Source: a virus (lineage: Duplodnaviria; Caudoviricetes). Taken from it: a DNA stretch of 37,439 bases. The stretch spans positions 1 to 37,439 of the IMG/VR virus record IMGVR_UViG_3300043036_000079; one strand, 5' to 3'. Shown in pieces: positions 32,476-37,439 of the stretch (position 1 is its first letter; each line of letters opens with the position of its first letter). The translations under genes and the position numbers were made by a program. Under the pieces are notes generated by a model. That model did not search any database. It was not told the DNA's origin and worked only from the letters and a program-made list of their open reading frames with translations.

Positions 32476-34691
32476 TCCATCATTCCTTCAGGCGGCATTT
32501 CGGGCTGCATCTCGGGCATTTCCGGCTGCATCTCTGGCTGTTCCATGTTGGGCATCTCGCGCATCTGCGGCGCCCCGCCGATCAAGTCGCCGGTGTCCAG
32601 CGCCGCGGCGATTGTACCCATCACGATGTCCTGAATCTGCTCTGGCGTCATGCTCTGTTGCACGGCGCTGATCCGCTTCGTCTCGGCGTCGTAGGCGTCC
32701 ACCTGAGCCTTGTATTCCTTGATGTCCACCTCGCGCTGGGCAACGCTGTCCTGCACGTTGGCGATGATGTCGGTCATGCGGTTCAGTTCTTGCGTCATGG
32801 CTTCCATCTGCTGTTGGGCTGCCATCATCTCAGGCGACTGATCGCCTTCCGCCAAAACCTTCGGATCAAGAATCTTCTTAAACCGCGCCGCCATCTCCTG
32901 CGCGCCCGGCCAATCCATGTTCTTGATGAACAGATCGCCGGCCACAGTCCAAAGCTGCGGGTTGGATTGCAGAATCATCGACATGGCGTCCAAGGCTTCC
33001 TGACGCTTGGTCATGTAGCCTGGGCCGGTCGTAACCATCACGTCGTAGGTGCCGATGCTGGGGTTGTAGACCTTCTCGATCATCGCGCCCATCTGGTCGC
33101 GGATTTCCTTGACCGGTTCCGGCTGCGACGGGTTGAACTTGACCATGCTGACTTCGCCGTCAACGCCGATGATGCGGGCGATGCGCTGCGTGTCGTAAAT
33201 CTTCGGGATCATGTCCACAATCTGCCGGGTGATGTGGCGGATCGCGCGGGCCAGATTGTCCACGTAGTGGTACGTGCCAACGTCGCCCTGCTTCTCGCGG
33301 GCGAGGATGGCCTTACCAGAGCGTTCGTTACCCTGCATCCCAAGGCTGGCGTCGTACTGGCCGGTGGTTCCCTTGATGTCGTCAGCAGCCCCCATCTTGG
33401 CTTGGATCAAGCCGGTCTGGGGCAACGGAGGCGGCGCGCGCTGGGGCAGGGGGAGGACAGCCCCGGCACCGTCCGTCACGTCGGGATTGACCTCCAGATA
33501 CGGCCAATTGGTCGTATTGGCAGTCTTCCACTGCATCTCGTAGCCTTCGAACTGGCCGCCATAGCCAATGAAGGGTGCCTTGGGTGCCAACGCCAGCATC
33601 TCTGCTTCTTGGCTCGTCCAGTAGTTGTACATCCGCTGGGCGTCCTTGGCGTTCCGCACAAGGCCGCTGATGTACATCTGGCCTTCAACTTCCCACTCGT
33701 TGCCGATGACGCGCACGACCGGAATCCACTTGCCGGCCCACTCGCGCTCTTGCAGCACGTCGTAGCCGTTGGTCTTCATCCACATGACCTTCTTGCGGTC
33801 AACTTCGCGGCTGCGGATTGGCTTGCCAAACATGGCCATAAGCTGCTTGTCCTGCGGCGTGCCGCGGTAGGCAGTCTGGTTGTCCGGGTACAGGTGCAGC
33901 GTGGCTTTTTCGTATTTGTTGTAGAAATACTCCGCAATGCGGATCGTGTCTTCCTGAAGCCACGCCGAAAGGCCCTGATCGCCCACACCCTGGCTGTACA
34001 GCGTGCTGATCGGCGTTGCGTCCGGGAACTCCCGTTCGTATTCTTCTTTGAGGATGTCCTCGGTGATGAAGCACCACTCAGCGTCGGCGCCGCACGGGTC
34101 TTGGATCGTCGGGTCCATGTAGACGCTGAACGAGTTGCGGACGCGCCCGATGCGGATGTCCTGATCGAACGTCTCGTCGTTGCAGTATTCCGTCAGCAGG
34201 CGGATGTAGCCCTCGCCGTAGGTCACCTGGTTGTCGCAGGCGGTGTCGTAAGCCACGTCAGCGTCGGACATATACTCGATGTGCCGCACCACGCCGTTAA
34301 AAATCTCAGCGACCTGTACGTCGGCGTTGTCGTCCGCGGGGATAACCTTGCCGCTGGGCCGGTTCTGGCGCTGCTCGTTGGTCACCTGACGGACGTGCTG
34401 CGGCAGCTTGTTGATGGTCAGGCACGGACGCGCGTTGATGGTCTGGCCCTGCACACTGCCGCGGGTGGCCAGCACGTCGGCGGGCCACTGCCACTGGTTG
34501 TCAGGGCTGCCGGCCATGAACCGCAGATCATCCAGTTCATCCTCGCGGCTGTCTGAGTACGCCGACTGCGCCATCTTCAGGCGGTGGCGCATGGTCGCCA
34601 TCTTGTCTTCGTCGCGCGCAGGCACCTTCTCAGGGTTTGACCCCACGTTGGCGACTTTACCCGCCGCTACCATGCCTGTGGGGTCGGCCAT
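32472..34691 (-). CDS. Portal protein (P22-like)
   Basis: 739 aa, RPCLTINKL, GLVRNAKDAQRMYNY, SGKAILAR, C-terminal barrel coiled coil. Confidence 0.92.
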   Translation of the reverse strand: MADPTGMVAAGKVANVGSNPEKVPARDEDKMATMRHRLKMAQSAYSDSREDELDDLRFMAGSPDNQWQWPADVLATRGSVQGQTINARPCLTINKLPQHVRQVTNEQRQNRPSGKVIPADDNADVQVAEIFNGVVRHIEYMSDADVAYDTACDNQVTYGEGYIRLLTEYCNDETFDQDIRIGRVRNSFSVYMDPTIQDPCGADAEWCFITEDILKEEYEREFPDATPISTLYSQGVGDQGLSAWLQEDTIRIAEYFYNKYEKATLHLYPDNQTAYRGTPQDKQLMAMFGKPIRSREVDRKKVMWMKTNGYDVLQEREWAGKWIPVVRVIGNEWEVEGQMYISGLVRNAKDAQRMYNYWTSQEAEMLALAPKAPFIGYGGQFEGYEMQWKTANTTNWPYLEVNPDVTDGAGAVLPLPQRAPPPLPQTGLIQAKMGAADDIKGTTGQYDASLGMQGNERSGKAILAREKQGDVGTYHYVDNLARAIRHITRQIVDMIPKIYDTQRIARIIGVDGEVSMVKFNPSQPEPVKEIRDQMGAMIEKVYNPSIGTYDVMVTTGPGYMTKRQEALDAMSMILQSNPQLWTVAGDLFIKNMDWPGAQEMAARFKKILDPKVLAEGDQSPEMMAAQQQMEAMTQELNRMTDIIANVQDSVAQREVDIKEYKAQVDAYDAETKRISAVQQSMTPEQIQDIVMGTIAAALDTGDLIGGAPQMREMPNMEQPEMQPEMPEMQPEMPPEGMME

Positions 34692-34695
34692 ATGC

Positions 34696-34860
34696 TTACT
34701 TTGACTTCTTCATAGGGGTTTCACGCATCCGCGTGGTGATGCTGATGATGTCTTTGCCGCCCGGCATGGGCTTACGCGCCAGCGGGATCGCGTCCATTTC
34801 GGCCTTCGGCTTGGGCATTTTCAGGCCCATCGGCATCTTGGCGGGGGTCATGCGGCGCAT
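34696..34860 (-). CDS. Small basic Met/Lys/Pro-rich protein (54 aa, not in ORF track)
   Basis: MRRMTPAKMPMGLKMPKPK...PMKKSK*, TAATG overlap with the upstream gene. Confidence 0.6.
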   Translation of the reverse strand: MRRMTPAKMPMGLKMPKPKAEMDAIPLARKPMPGGKDIISITTRMRETPMKKSK

Positions 34861-35012
34861 TATTTGCCCTTTTTCGCTGTTTTGGCGCTATTTTTGAAGT
34901 CTTTGGCTGTTGGGGCCCCCTTGTCGCCCGCTTTACGCATTTTTTCGCCAGAACCAGCGGCAATCCGCTCCTTCTTGGCGTTGATGTTCGCATACAGACC
35001 TGGCTTCTTCAT
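34860..35012 (-). CDS. Small basic protein (50 aa, not in ORF track)
   Basis: MKKPGLYANINAKKERIAAGSGEKMRK...AKTAKKGK*, ATGA overlap. Confidence 0.75.
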   Translation of the reverse strand: MKKPGLYANINAKKERIAAGSGEKMRKAGDKGAPTAKDFKNSAKTAKKGK

Positions 35013-35275
35013 GAGCATTTCCACCGTTTGAGGCTGGCTTTGGCGCGTTCGCCGTCCTTAGCCTTAGCTGCTACCGCGCCCATACGCGCACAAAAACTGG
35101 CCTTACGCCCTGCATCCGCCTTCGTCTTGGGGTTGGGCGCCGGCGGCTTCAGGTTCGACCCGGTCTCGCGGTTGTACTTCTCGCGGCCCTTGGCCGTCAG
35201 TCCCGCACCCTTGGACGCGGGCAGTTTTTCCCCACGACCCACGGCCAGCGAAACAGACTTTTTCCTGTCGGCCAT
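35009..35275 (-). CDS. Small basic protein (DUF6321-like)
   Basis: GLTAKGREKYNRETGSNLK...RKASFCARM...SLKRWKC. Confidence 0.75.
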   Translation of the reverse strand: MADRKKSVSLAVGRGEKLPASKGAGLTAKGREKYNRETGSNLKPPAPNPKTKADAGRKASFCARMGAVAAKAKDGERAKASLKRWKCS

Positions 35276-35279
35276 TGCG

Positions 35280-36806
35280 TTAACTGCCCATCCAAGAATT
35301 GGCAACTCCGCCGGGAGAATATCCGCCGCTGCGTTTCTTGTCAACGCGCCCTTCTCTGTGCGCCACTGGGAACGCGAATGTCACCGCGATGGCGTCGGCA
35401 GCGTCGGGCGACGCCAGCCCGCGGGCCTTCATATCCTTCTTCGACTCAAGGAACAGCGTCCCTTTGCTGTCCGGCTTCGTCTTCGGCCCGATCAGGTCGG
35501 ACTTCAGAAAGCGGTCGTTTGGCACGCTGGCTGTCTTGAGCCACTCGCGCATGGCACCCCACATCTCGGCGCGCTTGTTGCCGTACATGAGTTGCTTCTG
35601 CGCCTTGTTGCCGAAGTTGACGCCGCGCACCTTGTACCGTTGCTCCTTCAGCCGATCCACGACGCCTGCGCCCAGGCCGCCTTCGTCGATCACGGTCAGC
35701 GCCGGCTTGTACTCCTCTATGGCCTCAATGACGTGGCCGACCACCTCCATCGTGTCAGCGCCGCGCAGCCGCTTGATGGTGACCAGATCGCGTCCCTGCC
35801 TCACCGCGATGACGGTAGCGTCCGATCCAAACCGTGCCGGGTCAACTCCAATGGTGATCGGTGCCGACTCGTCCTTCAGCCTAGGCCGCTTCATGGCGTC
35901 GTCTACCAGATTGACCGGGATGAACTGGTCGTCGCCTTCCGATGGGAACTGACCGTAGACCTCGACGTTGGCCTGGTAGCTGTCGGCGCCATACTCATCG
36001 ATGATGCGCTGGTACAGGTTCTTGTCGGTTCCCTCGACCTCGCGCGCGTCGATGTTGCGTGTGCGCCAGAACGCCCGCTTGCTGTTGAACGTCTCGTAAA
36101 AGTAGCCAGTGTTGCGCCGTGGGTTGGAGAACGCAACGTGAAAGCGGTGCGGCGTGTTTTCCGTGAAGAAGCCGTCGCTGACTGACCAGATGCTGTCGGG
36201 GATACCGCTGGCCTCATCGAAGATCAGCATCACGCCGTCCCAGTTGTGAACCCCGGCGTAGGCGTCCGGGTTCTCCTCCGACCACAGCCGGCCCTCGACG
36301 GCCCAGTAGCGTGTGCCTTTCTTCAGGTCGCGCTCGACCAGTTCCGTGATCCACTTGGCTGGCATGATGCGTGTGGCGGCGATCTCAAACCAGTGGCTGT
36401 TCATGGCCATCGCCAGCCACTTGGTAATCTCGGCCCATGTCACCGACCGTAGCTGCGCCTCGCTGTTGGCCGACACGATGGTCGTGCTGCCGATGCGCGT
36501 GGACAGCATCCAATGCACCAGCCAACTGACCAGCGCCGACTTGCCAATCCCGCGGCCTGATGCCACCGCCTTGCGGAAGGTGTCGTAGTCCACCTTGCCG
36601 CCGTTGTCCTTGATGTGGTCGCGGATGTCGGCCAGCACCGCACGCTGCCATTTGCGTGGCCCTTGAAAGTTTTCCAGCGGCGTACCCGGCTCACCCCACG
36701 GGTAGGTCAGCAGCACGAACGCCAGCGGGTCATCCTTGATACTCGGCGACCACAGCCGGCTCATCAGAGCCATCTCGTCCTGCGCTGAGTAGATTGGCTG
36801 CTGCAC
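35280..36806 (-). CDS. terL: Terminase large subunit
   Basis: Walker A SGRGIGKS, Walker B IFDEASG, SNP, nuclease GVDPARFGSD, SPDAADA. Confidence 0.95.
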   Translation of the reverse strand: MQQPIYSAQDEMALMSRLWSPSIKDDPLAFVLLTYPWGEPGTPLENFQGPRKWQRAVLADIRDHIKDNGGKVDYDTFRKAVASGRGIGKSALVSWLVHWMLSTRIGSTTIVSANSEAQLRSVTWAEITKWLAMAMNSHWFEIAATRIMPAKWITELVERDLKKGTRYWAVEGRLWSEENPDAYAGVHNWDGVMLIFDEASGIPDSIWSVSDGFFTENTPHRFHVAFSNPRRNTGYFYETFNSKRAFWRTRNIDAREVEGTDKNLYQRIIDEYGADSYQANVEVYGQFPSEGDDQFIPVNLVDDAMKRPRLKDESAPITIGVDPARFGSDATVIAVRQGRDLVTIKRLRGADTMEVVGHVIEAIEEYKPALTVIDEGGLGAGVVDRLKEQRYKVRGVNFGNKAQKQLMYGNKRAEMWGAMREWLKTASVPNDRFLKSDLIGPKTKPDSKGTLFLESKKDMKARGLASPDAADAIAVTFAFPVAHREGRVDKKRSGGYSPGGVANSWMGS

Positions 36807-37227
36807 GGTTGTTGTCCTCTATGCGGGGCAGTTCGGTGTACAGCCCCTCTATGACGCGGCTTTGCGCCTTTTCCAGCGCCGCGGTGATGCTGATCTGCTG
36901 GTCGATGTTCACGTCAATCTGCTGCTTGGCCACCCAGCCGTGGTTGTGCTTGAGGATGTCCAGCGCGGCTCTGGCGTCGCCTGACGCCGCGGCGTTGTAC
37001 ATCGTCCTGGCGGCGGACAGTTCGCCGTCAGCGCGGCCCTTCATCTCGGCGATCTCGACCAGCGCATCAAACTCAGCCAAACGCCGGAACTGCGCGGGGG
37101 TCAGGCCAGCGGCCAACGCAAGACTGTCGCCTTTCAGGCCATAACGCGCGGCTTCATAGATCGCCTCCAAGCGCGCTTCGGTGGCTTCTGGGCGTTCGGG
37201 TGCGAACGGCAGGGAATAGAAGGTCAT
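36730..37227 (-). CDS. terS: Terminase small subunit (putative)
   Basis: Directly upstream of TerL, HTH-like N-terminus, AASGDARAAL..LK...GW. Confidence 0.7.
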   Translation of the reverse strand: MTFYSLPFAPERPEATEARLEAIYEAARYGLKGDSLALAAGLTPAQFRRLAEFDALVEIAEMKGRADGELSAARTMYNAAASGDARAALDILKHNHGWVAKQQIDVNIDQQISITAALEKAQSRVIEGLYTELPRIEDNNRAAANLLSAGRDGSDEPAVVAEYQG

Positions 37228-37233
37228 GATGCC

Positions 37234-37262
37234 ATAATAGATGACGCGGGGTGCGCGGGCAA
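37234..37262 (-). promoter_or_regulatory. Putative late promoter giving a leaderless TerS mRNA
   Basis: TTGCCC, 17 nt, TATTAT. ATG lies 6 nt downstream with no SD. Confidence 0.6.
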
Positions 37263-37303
37263 GGCTGCACTAAACTGTGTTGCCATTCTATAAAAAAAAT
37301 TTT

Positions 37304-37350
37304 TAAAAAATTGTTTGCGGATGACCAGAAAATAAAAAATTGTTTGCGGA
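37304..37350. repeat. Two direct 18-bp repeats TAAAAAATTGTTTGCGGA
   Basis: Exact copies at 37304-37321 and 37333-37350. Confidence 0.85.
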
Positions 37351-37439
37351 CGGTGCCCGTGACAGTCACGCGCGCGCCGGGGGGGGGGGGGGGGGGGGGG
37401 GGGGCGGGCGGGGGGGGGGGGGGGGGGGGGGGGGGGGGC

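Larger units (their letters stand above)
1..37439. mobile_element. Tailed dsDNA bacteriophage genome (podovirus-like, P22-type virion module, PolA-type replication module), near complete
   Basis: Replication, packaging, head, short-tail, ejection and lysis genes in two convergent arms. No host housekeeping genes and no tape measure gene seen. Confidence 0.95.

Noticed and set aside
32658-34556. 632-aa + strand ORF opposite the portal gene, and similar antisense ORFs at 12277-13593, 27917-29338 and 35028-36185
   Set aside because: These are shadow ORFs caused by high GC3 of the real gene on the other strand, with no recognisable motifs.
37379-37439. Terminal poly-G run as a G-quadruplex or other biological element
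   Set aside because: It lies at the contig end and resembles two-colour sequencing poly-G or an assembly break. A short genuine G-tract is possible but its length cannot be trusted.

Overview
The window appears to be a near-complete ~37.4 kb GC-rich podovirus-like dsDNA phage genome with two convergent arms. The + strand (to ~14.06 kb) carries tiny early genes, a beta-clamp-like protein, a Cas4-like/DUF2800 exonuclease, a putative SSB, an N6-adenine MTase, a family A DNA polymerase, a primase-SF3 helicase, VRR-NUC, a C5 MTase, an SNF2 helicase and DUF3310. The - strand carries P22-like morphogenesis genes (TerS/TerL, portal, scaffold, coat, gp4/gp10-like tail proteins, tailspike/fibres, three ejection proteins), a metallophosphoesterase and a lysis cassette (M15 endolysin, holin, spanins). 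I saw no integrase, tRNA or CRISPR array. The most notable items are: (1) a complete type II hammerhead ribozyme with a loop I pseudoknot at 1436-1501; (2) a C5 MTase apparently split into two polypeptides, with motif IX in a nested +1 frame; (3) two further candidate nested +1-frame genes inside the polymerase and Cas4-like genes; (4) a peptide motif shared between the tail hub and a small virion protein. Family calls come from motif recognition by eye, not database searches.
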